Positions 18,256 through 27,374 of a DNA stretch of 49,569 nt are shown one piece after another. A program made the translations under genes and the position numbers. The notes under the pieces are model-generated. The model worked only from the letters and a program-made list of their open reading frames with translations, did not search any database and was not told the origin of the DNA. Numbering within the stretch: the stretch's first letter is position 1; every line of letters begins with the position of its first letter. Source of the DNA: Candidatus Krumholzibacteriia bacterium (GTDB lineage: Bacteria; Krumholzibacteriota; Krumholzibacteriia; WVZY01); the NCBI GenBank assembly GCA_029863805.1, contig JAOTUR010000002.1, forward strand, positions 1 to 49,569, read 5' to 3'.

Positions 18256-20625
18256 ATGAGCATTTCAGCCAGTAAGACCGCTAAAACAATCCTGATTCTA
18301 GCCGCTCTTCTTTTCTTGTGGGATTTGCCCGCAGGTGCTCAACGCGGTAAGTGGATCAGCCATGTCAACCCAAGCATGATTTCGGAGATCATCCTCAAGG
18401 ATGAAGAACTGTTCGTTGCCAGCAGCGGTGGGCTGATTATTTTTCAGCCTCGTGACTCGACCTTTGAGCAGTTTACCAATACCATCGGCTTGCCATCAAA
18501 TCTCCTCACCTGCCTTGCCTTTGACGCGGGCGGCGCGCTCTACGTTGGGACGGATCAGGCCGGTATCGCGCGCCTTGATTTTGTGCCGGGTGGCTTTGCG
18601 GTGAATACACTCAGCTCGACCTTTGACGGGCTCGCGGACGACCGGATTACCACACTCACCGCGTGGGGTGATAGCATTGCTTACGGAACCATGCGGGGTG
18701 CGGGCCTGATCGTTGAAGGGTTCCCCGGTCCTCGCTTTCTTGTCAAGGACGGTCTTCCCAGCGAGTTCATTGACGACCTTTTTGCCGATGGAGATCGGTT
18801 GTGGTTTGCGACCGATAATGGCGTGGCCCGCCTGGACAAGTTTGGTTTTATAACGGAGTTTTCAACAGGATTGCCCAGCGTCAATACACACGTGTTTGCA
18901 AGAGATGATACGGCCCTGTGGGTAGGTACGGAGGCAGGAGTTGCCCGCTTCAACCCGTCGGACAGCACTTGGATCCCGGATGGTTTGGGCAACCAGTCGA
19001 TTTTCTCGTTAAAGTACGACGGTCAGAAGCTGTGGGCGGCCTCGCGCGTGAGTCTGTTCGACAACGACGGCAGCGGATGGGCGGGGCGCAGTTTTTTCGA
19101 CGTTTACCAGAGGAACTTTCTCACCATAGCATTTTCTGAAGTAAGAGGGCTGCAGCCGATGTCAGACGGTACTGTTTACCTTGGCGTCCGTCAGCTGAAT
19201 CAGCGAATAGGCGCATACTTGATGGTGTTTGACGGAACACGCGTAAGAGAATTTCCGAACAATGCTCCGCCAGAGAACCATCTGGTGCGCGCGACCTTTG
19301 ATATCGATGGTTCTCTGTGGGTGTCAAGTAGGCGATTGGGTGTAAGCAAACTAACTCCCTCCGGCGTTTGGTTCGCCTATAACCCTGCCGCAGGCGATAC
19401 TAACTTGAGCTCGCAATTTGACAATTTCACGCTGCTCGCCGACTCCCAAGGCTCAAAGTGGTTTAGTACGCTGTGGAGGCCCGGGTTCCCAGTCCCGATG
19501 GATGAACTGCAAGACGGTATTGACCTTTCACGCGACAACGATGTGTGGATCCACCACACAATCGGATCCGGTGGTGGCGATGGACTGGGATCCTTAAGAA
19601 ATCAACGGGCTCTGGAGGATCCAGCGGGCAACCGTTGGTTCTTGTCCGACATCGAAGAAGGTACTTCGCCGTTGGGTTGGTGGGGCATAAACATACTGAG
19701 CGCGGACCGATCCGAGTGGAAGCAGGTCAACCCCGCGAACACGAGCCTGGGAATGCCGGTTGGCAATATAACCGATGTCGCGTTTGGCCCCGACGGCGTG
19801 GTCTGGGTCGCCGACAAGGTGTTTGGCGTTATTGAGTGGCTTACTGGTGGTTATGATCAGGCCAACCTGTTTGATCTGAGCGACGATATATGGATCACGC
19901 GTGGCACGGTTAGTGGCAATTTTGACTCTAAGAATGTCACAGCGCTCGCACTGAGAAGCGATGGCGTGTTGTGGGTGGGCACGGAGTTGGGAGTCTTCAA
20001 ACTCGACAATGGAGTATTCCGTAACATACGTGCGAATCGTGGCTTGGGAGTGGGTTTACTGAGCAACAACGTTTTCGATATCTTATTGGATCGGGATGAG
20101 AATCTGTGGGTGGCCACTGAGCTGGGGCTGGATCGAATTGCGCGTGATGATGATAACGATATCACATCATTTACGACGGGTGTAGTTTGGCAGACTCAAT
20201 TGAGCCTTTTCTTTCCGCCTGATGTGGTGTCACCGCTCACCGGTGCCCGTTGTGAGGCGTTCGCGCTGCACCCGACGAGAGACTTGCTTTATATTGCCAC
20301 GCTTGGTGGACTGTCGATATTGGACTTGTCGTCGCTCGAACCTACAGCGTTAGATTTATCGACGGTTTTCGTCTTTCCAAACCCAATTCGTACGCGCCGG
20401 GGGCATGGCGCGCTAAAGATTGCCAATCACAATCGCCCAGTCGACGTGGAAATCTATACGTTGGAAGGCGAATTGGTTCATCGGGCAAGAAACGTCGGAG
20501 CTTCTCAGGACGTGGTGTGGGAGCTGACCACGGAGGCGGGTTTTCTTGCCGCCAGCGGGGTTTACCTGGTTAGAATCCGCTCCGGCGGAGACTCGATTGT
20601 CAGAAGGGTTTCACTAATTCGATAG
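18256..20625 (+). CDS. PorZ-like secreted beta-propeller protein with a T9SS/FlgD-like C-terminal Ig domain
   Basis: Signal peptide (..LPAGA/Q). Repeated GLPS..I...D....LW.GT..G propeller units. C-terminal VFPNP...VEIYTLEGELV...W....G..AASGVYLVRI......RVSLIR. 789 aa. Confidence 0.7.
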   Translation: MSISASKTAKTILILAALLFLWDLPAGAQRGKWISHVNPSMISEIILKDEELFVASSGGLIIFQPRDSTFEQFTNTIGLPSNLLTCLAFDAGGALYVGTDQAGIARLDFVPGGFAVNTLSSTFDGLADDRITTLTAWGDSIAYGTMRGAGLIVEGFPGPRFLVKDGLPSEFIDDLFADGDRLWFATDNGVARLDKFGFITEFSTGLPSVNTHVFARDDTALWVGTEAGVARFNPSDSTWIPDGLGNQSIFSLKYDGQKLWAASRVSLFDNDGSGWAGRSFFDVYQRNFLTIAFSEVRGLQPMSDGTVYLGVRQLNQRIGAYLMVFDGTRVREFPNNAPPENHLVRATFDIDGSLWVSSRRLGVSKLTPSGVWFAYNPAAGDTNLSSQFDNFTLLADSQGSKWFSTLWRPGFPVPMDELQDGIDLSRDNDVWIHHTIGSGGGDGLGSLRNQRALEDPAGNRWFLSDIEEGTSPLGWWGINILSADRSEWKQVNPANTSLGMPVGNITDVAFGPDGVVWVADKVFGVIEWLTGGYDQANLFDLSDDIWITRGTVSGNFDSKNVTALALRSDGVLWVGTELGVFKLDNGVFRNIRANRGLGVGLLSNNVFDILLDRDENLWVATELGLDRIARDDDNDITSFTTGVVWQTQLSLFFPPDVVSPLTGARCEAFALHPTRDLLYIATLGGLSILDLSSLEPTALDLSTVFVFPNPIRTRRGHGALKIANHNRPVDVEIYTLEGELVHRARNVGASQDVVWELTTEAGFLAASGVYLVRIRSGGDSIVRRVSLIR

Positions 20626-20654
20626 GTTCGTCCTTTGCGGGTGGTTCGCTGGGT

Positions 20655-22076
20655 ATGTCGAAAAAGTTGCTGATAATCGGTGCCGGCGAGGCCGGAAGGA
20701 TGGTCGTGCGCGAGATTTGCGCCCATTCCAGTAGTGATCTCGAAATCGTTGGTTTTCTCGACGACGATCTAGCTTTGCAGGGGCGGACGATCGAAGGCTA
20801 CCCTGTCCTCGGTGACACCACGAAGTTACCGGAAGTGGCCAACGAAAAGCCAGTGGACGAGGTCATTATCTCGGTGCCATCCGGGTCGCGAGATTTTGTA
20901 CGTCGTATGGTTGCGCTGTGCCGTGACGCCAAGGTGTCGTTCAAGATCGTGCCTGGGCTCATCGAGATCATCCGTGGACCCGTTCATCTGGAGCAAATCA
21001 GAGAGGTGCATCCCGAGGATCTGCTGGGTAGAGAAACGGTCGCATTCGCGGAAGAAGCGATCGGTCGAGAGCTGGCCAATCGCAGGGTAATGGTTACCGG
21101 AGCTGGTGGCTCAATCGGAGGGGAGATATGTCGCCAACTGGGACGGTTTGACATGGGTGAACTTCAGTTGTTCGGGCGTGGCGAGAACCAGATATATGCC
21201 ATCGAGGAGGAAATCCGCCGAGCCCATCCGGGATTGCGCGTTCGGCCGGTGATCGGCGACGTGCGGGATGGGGAAGGGCTCATGCACGCTTTCAAACGTC
21301 TTCGCCCGGAGTTCGTCTATCATGCGGCTGCTCACAAACACGTGCATTATATGGAGGCACACCCCGAAGAGGCGGTGAAGAACAATATTTTTGGCACTGA
21401 GCACATCATTGGGGCATCTCGGGAAACGGGCGTACAAAGACTGGTGATGCTCTCTACAGACAAAGCGGTCAGGCCCGTGGGCATTATGGGTGCGAGCAAG
21501 CGGGTCGCGGAGTATCTGATGATCCACGGCTCTCTCACCCGCGGAGGGCCGCGTTTGATCACTGTGCGTTTTGGCAATGTCCTGGGGAGTCGCGGCAGCG
21601 TTGTACCTCTTTTCATGCGTCAGATCCGGAGAGGTGGTCCTGTAACCGTTAGTGACCGAGAAACCTCTCGCTTCTTTATGACACTCAAAGAGGCCTGTCT
21701 GCTGGTCGTGCAAGCATCGGTGATGGGCAAGGGTGGTGAGGTGTTCATATTGCAAATGGGCGAACCGATAAGGATCATCGAGATTGCCAAGGATCTTATC
21801 GCACTGCACGGTCTGCGATCGGAGATTGACGTTAAGATCGAGTTCACAGGTCTTAGAGCCGGCGAGAAAATGCACGAGGATCTGGTCGCCGACGGAGAGG
21901 TTGTTGAAAAATCTCCTCATGACTTTATCTTGACGTCGCGCCCAGAGTTGCCGAAGGGGTGGGATCACGATAGAATACTCGAACGGTTCAAAGAGCTGAC
22001 ACGCCGAGGTGACAGCGACGGTATACGAGACCTTCTCGGTACTATAATTCCGGATGCGAAGCTCAGAAAAGTCTAG
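20655..22076 (+). CDS. UDP-HexNAc 4,6-dehydratase (PglF/WbpM/CapD-like), without the N-terminal TM domain
   Basis: IIGAGEAG, EDLLGR, TGAGGSIG, HAAAHKHV, STDKAV, MGASK (MxxxK), VRFGNVLGSRGSVVP and GEKMHEDL. Confidence 0.9.
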   Translation: MSKKLLIIGAGEAGRMVVREICAHSSSDLEIVGFLDDDLALQGRTIEGYPVLGDTTKLPEVANEKPVDEVIISVPSGSRDFVRRMVALCRDAKVSFKIVPGLIEIIRGPVHLEQIREVHPEDLLGRETVAFAEEAIGRELANRRVMVTGAGGSIGGEICRQLGRFDMGELQLFGRGENQIYAIEEEIRRAHPGLRVRPVIGDVRDGEGLMHAFKRLRPEFVYHAAAHKHVHYMEAHPEEAVKNNIFGTEHIIGASRETGVQRLVMLSTDKAVRPVGIMGASKRVAEYLMIHGSLTRGGPRLITVRFGNVLGSRGSVVPLFMRQIRRGGPVTVSDRETSRFFMTLKEACLLVVQASVMGKGGEVFILQMGEPIRIIEIAKDLIALHGLRSEIDVKIEFTGLRAGEKMHEDLVADGEVVEKSPHDFILTSRPELPKGWDHDRILERFKELTRRGDSDGIRDLLGTIIPDAKLRKV

Positions 22077-22106
22077 TCGTTTGTTTCTCTCAATGGTCAC
22101 ACTGCT

Positions 22107-23315
22107 ATGAACGCCAAACACATCGACTTACCAGCGATCGAAGGGGGTAAACCGGTCAGGGAAGACTTTCTGCCTTTCTTCCGACCATCGATCGATGAAG
22201 CGGATATAAGAAGCGTTACCGATACCTTACAGTCCGGTTGGCTGACCGTCGGTCCGAAAACTCAGTTGTTCGAAGAACGGCTCAAGCAATACCTTGGCGT
22301 ACGCAATGTTGTTGCTGTGAGTTCGTGCAGCGCGGCGATGTTTCTTGCTTTGAAGGCAATGGGGATCGGACCGGGGGATGAAGTGCTCACGTCGGCGCTC
22401 ACATTTGCGTCGACCGTACACGCCATCATACACACGGGCGCCACGCCAGTTCTGGCGGATATCGAGACGGAGACCTTTGGCCCATCGCCCCAAGATTTGG
22501 CAAGCAGGAGCTCAGCAAGAACTCGTGCCTGTATTCCCGTGCATTTTGGGGGCCAGGCCTGTCGGATTGACGAGATACAAGACATGGCCGAGTCCAGGAA
22601 TCTCTTGCTACTCGAAGACGCGGCCCACGGCTTTGGAGCGATATGCAATGGCAGGAAGATCGGCACCATCGGTGATGCGACGGCGTTTAGTTTTTATGCT
22701 ACCAAGAATCTAACCAGCGCTGAAGGTGGATGTCTGGCGACGGACAGCGATGACATAGCGCGTAAGCTCAAGATCCTATCCTACCACGGCATGTCTTATG
22801 GAAGTTGGGATCGCTACAGTCGGAGGGGGTCCTGGTATTACGACATTGAGAGCGCAGGATATAAGTTCAACGTGAGTGATGTCCTGTCATCGCTCGGACT
22901 GTCGCAACTTCAGAAGATCGATCATTTGCTGACCAGAAGGCGTGAGGTGGCTGAGAGATTCTCACAGTTACTCAGCAGCTCGCCGTATTTTGAACTACCG
23001 CGCGTTCGCAGTGGCAACACCCATACGTGGCACCTGTTCGTTGTGTTGCTGAAATCCGAGAGTCTCGCTATCGACCGCGATCGTTTCGTGGAAGCGCTGG
23101 CTGCTGAGAACATAGGCTGCTCTGTGCATTTCATTCCAGTGTATAAGCACACTTTTTTCGCACCATATCGCAAAGCGGATATGCAGTTTCCCCTGTGTGA
23201 ATCGTACTTCTCGCGTTGTGTCTCTCTGCCAATATTTCCAGGTATGAGCGATGAGGATGTTGATGATGTGGTCGAAGCCATGAACCGAATCGCTGTCCAC
23301 TACACCAGATTGTGA
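22107..23315 (+). CDS. DegT/DnrJ/EryC1/StrS PLP-dependent sugar aminotransferase
   Basis: SGWLT.GP, PVHFGG, EDAAHGFG, FSFYATKNL (PLP lysine) and EGG. Confidence 0.93.
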   Translation: MNAKHIDLPAIEGGKPVREDFLPFFRPSIDEADIRSVTDTLQSGWLTVGPKTQLFEERLKQYLGVRNVVAVSSCSAAMFLALKAMGIGPGDEVLTSALTFASTVHAIIHTGATPVLADIETETFGPSPQDLASRSSARTRACIPVHFGGQACRIDEIQDMAESRNLLLLEDAAHGFGAICNGRKIGTIGDATAFSFYATKNLTSAEGGCLATDSDDIARKLKILSYHGMSYGSWDRYSRRGSWYYDIESAGYKFNVSDVLSSLGLSQLQKIDHLLTRRREVAERFSQLLSSSPYFELPRVRSGNTHTWHLFVVLLKSESLAIDRDRFVEALAAENIGCSVHFIPVYKHTFFAPYRKADMQFPLCESYFSRCVSLPIFPGMSDEDVDDVVEAMNRIAVHYTRL

Positions 23316-24277
23316 TGCAGATCGAGACTATTGACTCCTTCCCGACCGAGCTCGATGAGATTGCCCGCGGCTCTCCCGATGCGACTTTTTTCCAGACCAG
23401 CACGTGGATCGAGAGTGTTCATAACAGCTTTGCAAACCTGGAGTGCCGGTGTCTGGTTGCTCGCGCTGGTGGGACCATAGTCGGATATCTTCCGTTCTTT
23501 GTGATCCGACGTGGGATGGTACGTCGTTATTGGTCGTTGCCTTTTGGCACCTACGGTGGTGCTGTTGTCCTGGCGGACCGGTCGGTCGCTGATCTCTTGA
23601 CCGACCGTTATCTGCAATTGCGTCAGCAACCGGGGGCGTGCGAGGTTGCCCTGGTCGATTACCAAAACATTGTGCGAGCGCCGTCGTTGCCGGTGGAGAA
23701 AGTCGTTACCCAGTTGCTCGATTTGCGGGGCGGTTTTGAAAGCGTGTGGAGCAGCCAATTCGATAAGTCGAAACGCCGGCAGACGAGAAAGGCAAAGCGA
23801 GAGGGTATTGAGATCCTGGTGTCGCGGTCGCCGGATGAGGTCAGACAATATCACTCGATCTATGCCCAGCGATGTGTCGAATGGCAGCAGCGAATGAGGT
23901 ATCCAGAATCGCTGTTTGTCGAGCTGGTGCGAACAGGAGGAGAAAGGGTAAAGCTATTTCTTGCACGTGCGGGCGACACAATTCTTGGCGGCCATCTGAA
24001 TTTTTATTTCGGGGATACCGTTATTGCATGGAATGGTGTGACAACGGTGGACAGTCGGAGTACACAGGTAAGCACGTTGCTTTACAGTACGTGCATCCGG
24101 CACGCATGCGAGAATGGATACAGACGCTATAACCTTGGTGCGAGCCTTGGGAAAGAGTCGCTTATGCTCTATAAAGAATCACTTGGGGGCGTTCAGTATC
24201 CTTATCGCGTACTACGGTGGCGTTCGATGAGCGCGAGGATCGCTGCGGTGGCGAGAAAGCTCGTACCAAGACGCTGA
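23312..24277 (+). CDS. FemAB-like / tandem-GNAT acyl- or aminoacyl-transferase
   Basis: TFFQT..W, SLPFGTYGG, KSKRRQTRKAKREG and YNLGAS...SLMLYKESLGG: the pattern of Fem/Acetyltransf_6-type proteins. Confidence 0.8.
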   Translation: MMQIETIDSFPTELDEIARGSPDATFFQTSTWIESVHNSFANLECRCLVARAGGTIVGYLPFFVIRRGMVRRYWSLPFGTYGGAVVLADRSVADLLTDRYLQLRQQPGACEVALVDYQNIVRAPSLPVEKVVTQLLDLRGGFESVWSSQFDKSKRRQTRKAKREGIEILVSRSPDEVRQYHSIYAQRCVEWQQRMRYPESLFVELVRTGGERVKLFLARAGDTILGGHLNFYFGDTVIAWNGVTTVDSRSTQVSTLLYSTCIRHACENGYRRYNLGASLGKESLMLYKESLGGVQYPYRVLRWRSMSARIAAVARKLVPRR

Positions 24278-24318
24278 GTCGATGAAGAGCCCCGTATATT
24301 TGACTGCGAGAGACGAAC

Positions 24319-25602
24319 ATGAAAGATCTTCTTATGATTGTCCCCTTTTTCCCCCCGCACGGTGGTGGTGGGGTATACCGGGCGTTGTCGTTCGTAAGGT
24401 ATCTGGAGAAATACGGTTGGCGTGCTACTGTGATCTCCCCGCGTGCGGACTCCTACTGGGTGTCCGACGAAAGTTTGCTCGACGATGTGCCGTCGTCCTG
24501 CCGGGTATATCGTACGAGAACACTCAGTGGGCAATTCTTGCTGCGTTTTTTGCAAAGAGGACTAAAGGGTCACGGTTCACAAACTCGATCGAGCCGACGA
24601 TTCGGACTTTTAAGAACGCTGGGGTCGTTCGTGCTGGTGCCAGACACTTACGTGGGATGGTATCCGTTCGCTGTAAGAGTTGGTCGGCGTCTGCTTGGCC
24701 GCGGCAGGTTCGATGCGATTTTCTCGACTTCTCCTCCCGAAACCAGTCACCTCATTGCCCATGAGCTTCATCGCTCCTCGGCTATTCCCTGGGTCGCGGA
24801 TTTTCGTGACCCGTGGACACACCTCTACGTCTTGCAGACACCGACGCTGATCCATTCACGAATACACGAAAGGTTGGAGAGAAAGGTGTGCACAAACGCA
24901 TCGGTTGTTGTGACCAACCGTAGCCATAAAGATCTTCTGCAGAAGAAGTACCCAGAGATGAAGTCGATTCAGATAATATCGAACGGGTACGACCATATGA
25001 AGTTCGAGGCATACTCGCAAGTCGAACCGCCATCTGAAATATGTCGCATATTCCACGCTGGCATGCTCACAGAAAGAAGAAGCGCCGTAGCTTTTCTGCA
25101 GGGTGTGAGGTTGTTCCTGAACCGACAGCCGGAGGCGGCACGGCGGTTGCGAGTATTGTTTGTTGGGCCGAGGGAAGACGAGAACGACTTGAACGTTCGT
25201 CGATTGCAGTTGGATGAAGTGGTCGAGTTTCGAGATACGGTACCTCATGCCGAATCGTTGAGATTAGCCCACAGCTCGCATATACTGCTGTTGATTGCGC
25301 TGCCACACCAAATGCCCGGCAAGTTCTTCGAATACCTCGGTGCGCGACGGCCGGTTTTGGCTCTGGTCTCGGAAGGTGAGGTCAGTGACCTCGTTCTAGG
25401 CCTGAAACGTGGCGAGGTAACATCGATGACAGATCCTGTTGGGATCGCGGACAAGATCAGAGGCTTGTACGGGAAGTACGTCACGGGTACGCTCGAGAAA
25501 GACTACGACTTGTCTGTGGTAAGGGAATTTCAAAGAGAGACATTGACCGCAAAGCTCGCCGAGTATTTGGACTCATTGCACAGCGGAGGACGGACATCGT
25601 GA
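24319..25602 (+). CDS. Glycosyltransferase family 4
   Basis: FFPP.GGGGVYR, STSPP, ADFRDPW, ISNGYD and PGKFFEYLGA. Confidence 0.88.
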   Translation: MKDLLMIVPFFPPHGGGGVYRALSFVRYLEKYGWRATVISPRADSYWVSDESLLDDVPSSCRVYRTRTLSGQFLLRFLQRGLKGHGSQTRSSRRFGLLRTLGSFVLVPDTYVGWYPFAVRVGRRLLGRGRFDAIFSTSPPETSHLIAHELHRSSAIPWVADFRDPWTHLYVLQTPTLIHSRIHERLERKVCTNASVVVTNRSHKDLLQKKYPEMKSIQIISNGYDHMKFEAYSQVEPPSEICRIFHAGMLTERRSAVAFLQGVRLFLNRQPEAARRLRVLFVGPREDENDLNVRRLQLDEVVEFRDTVPHAESLRLAHSSHILLLIALPHQMPGKFFEYLGARRPVLALVSEGEVSDLVLGLKRGEVTSMTDPVGIADKIRGLYGKYVTGTLEKDYDLSVVREFQRETLTAKLAEYLDSLHSGGRTS

Positions 25603-27104
25603 CCGCCAGAGAGTTCGGCGCGCTGCTGGTGCCAGTGGCGGTTTTCGTGGCATTGCTTGTGCCACTGAAAAGTGGTTTTACTGACGACGGCTATATACAC
25701 ATTCAATACGCACAGAACCTGATCACGCGTGGGGAGTATAGTTTCAATCCCGGTGAGGTGTCATTTGGTACAACCAGTCCGCTGTGGGTGATGATGCTTG
25801 CGTCGGTGGGAAAGCTGCTGGGTGGTGGAGAGAATCTGATCTCGATAAGTCGTGCCCTGTCGTGGTTTAGTGGCATTGCGGCAGTAGTATTGATGTTCGT
25901 GTTTGCACGGGCCCTGCAACTCGCTTGGTGGACGGCGTGGTTCTGTGCGATGACCATGGCTACTCATGCCTGGCATGTCCGCTGGTCCGCGCTCAGCATG
26001 GAAACATCATTATCCGTGCTTGCCATGGTCAGTGTGGGCATCGTATCGGTGTCGGCATACAAGGCAGAAACTAGAGCGTGGGGTGCCGGAGTGGTCATGG
26101 CACTGGCCACGCTGATCCGACCCGAGGCGTATTTACTGGTGCCGGTGTACCTGCTGGCCATGATTGTCGTGGGGCATGAACGCAAGTGGGCCTGTGTATT
26201 GCGGACGCTTGCAGCATATGCAGCCCTGGTGGCGCCCTGGTTGTTGTTTGCCAGATTTCATCTGGGACAGTTTCTTCCCAACACCGCGGCAGCCAAGCGT
26301 GGAGGGCTCACGCTTGACCCTCTCGAGATTCTCGACAAGTTGAAGCCCATTTTCAAAATATCCGCTAGCACCGAGGGCATTCTCGGGGTGATGATTCTCG
26401 TCGCAATCCTCGGGCTTCGTGGTCGGACCCGGGTGTTCACACCCGCTTGCCGGTTCCTACTGCTTTGGATCATCGGGTTGCCCATCGCCTATGTGGTCTT
26501 GGACGTCCAGGTGTTGTCTCGTTACATGTTGCTTGCCACACCGTTTACCATCGTGCTCGGATACACGGCGCTGGAGGATATCATGTTCCGGTTGAAAACC
26601 CGGCACAGCGCTGGTCGAGCTGCACTCGCGGTGGTTGCGCTGGTGGTGGCGATCTGGAACACGGGTTTTTACTTGGGTGTTGTTGTCGAACCGTCACGCA
26701 GCTTCTCGTACGGTCTTACGCATGAGCTGAAAGAGGTTGCCCGCTATCTGCGAGAAAACTCGGACCTGGATGACGTGGTGGCGGCCATGGACATTGGTTA
26801 TCTGGCCTTTTACTCCGAGCGGCGCGTTCTAGATCTGGGTGGACTGGTGGACACGGAGACCAACCAACTGCGAGAGAAGAGCACGTATGAAGAAGTGGTT
26901 CATAGAGGCCTCTACCTGGATCTGGACGGTTACCCGCGTGTCGATTTCCTGGTCGATCGGGCCCGCGTGCCCAATCGTTTTCAAGACAGCACCATAAATG
27001 GTCACCGGTTGCAGAGTGTTCGAGTAGCCCGTATGGACAATCTGGGCATTCGATCACCCGGCCCGTACTATTTCACTCTCTATCGTATTCGAAGACAGGG
27101 ATGA
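25599..27104 (+). CDS. GT-C-fold (PMT_2/arabinofuranosyltransferase-like) membrane glycosyltransferase
   Basis: DDGYIHIQYAQNL...FNPGE..GTTSPLW loop after TM1, then SMET, RPE and RY motifs and many TMs. C-terminal DIGYLAFYS....LDLGGLVD domain. Confidence 0.75.
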   Translation: MTAREFGALLVPVAVFVALLVPLKSGFTDDGYIHIQYAQNLITRGEYSFNPGEVSFGTTSPLWVMMLASVGKLLGGGENLISISRALSWFSGIAAVVLMFVFARALQLAWWTAWFCAMTMATHAWHVRWSALSMETSLSVLAMVSVGIVSVSAYKAETRAWGAGVVMALATLIRPEAYLLVPVYLLAMIVVGHERKWACVLRTLAAYAALVAPWLLFARFHLGQFLPNTAAAKRGGLTLDPLEILDKLKPIFKISASTEGILGVMILVAILGLRGRTRVFTPACRFLLLWIIGLPIAYVVLDVQVLSRYMLLATPFTIVLGYTALEDIMFRLKTRHSAGRAALAVVALVVAIWNTGFYLGVVVEPSRSFSYGLTHELKEVARYLRENSDLDDVVAAMDIGYLAFYSERRVLDLGGLVDTETNQLREKSTYEEVVHRGLYLDLDGYPRVDFLVDRARVPNRFQDSTINGHRLQSVRVARMDNLGIRSPGPYYFTLYRIRRQG

Positions 27105-27272
27105 GCGACCGCCGCCCCGGCGGCACCGCCTCCGGTGACCCGAGAGTAGGGGAGTCCACGACCCGTTCGCTGGGTCAGCGGCAGAGTATCACGCCCGCCA
27201 AGCTCAATATTCATAAACAGTTACCGAATTCACGGGAATTGACCCAAAGTTCCGCACAGGCCGATTTTGGCC

Positions 27273-27301
27273 TTGACCAATTCCCAAATAGAACTTATTC
27301 T
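27273..27301 (+). promoter_or_regulatory. sigma70 promoter of the dcw (mraZ) operon
   Basis: TTGACC (27273-78), 17-nt spacer, TATTCT (27296-301), 73 bp before the mraZ ATG. Confidence 0.6.
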
Positions 27302-27374
27302 GGGGCCCATTGTGGTGGTGGTTCCCAATTCTTGGCATATTTAAGAACTAAATCCAAATTTTTTGTTTATATCT

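Noticed and set aside
18400-20300. Repetitive pattern in the PorZ-like gene
   Set aside because: These are protein-level beta-propeller repeats, not DNA repeats or a CRISPR array.
21111-22121. 336-aa minus-strand ORF
   Set aside because: Lies opposite the well-conserved dehydratase and has no recognisable domain.
27331-27350. TTGGCATA upstream of mraZ resembling a sigma54 -24 element
   Set aside because: No GC at the required GG-N10-GC position.
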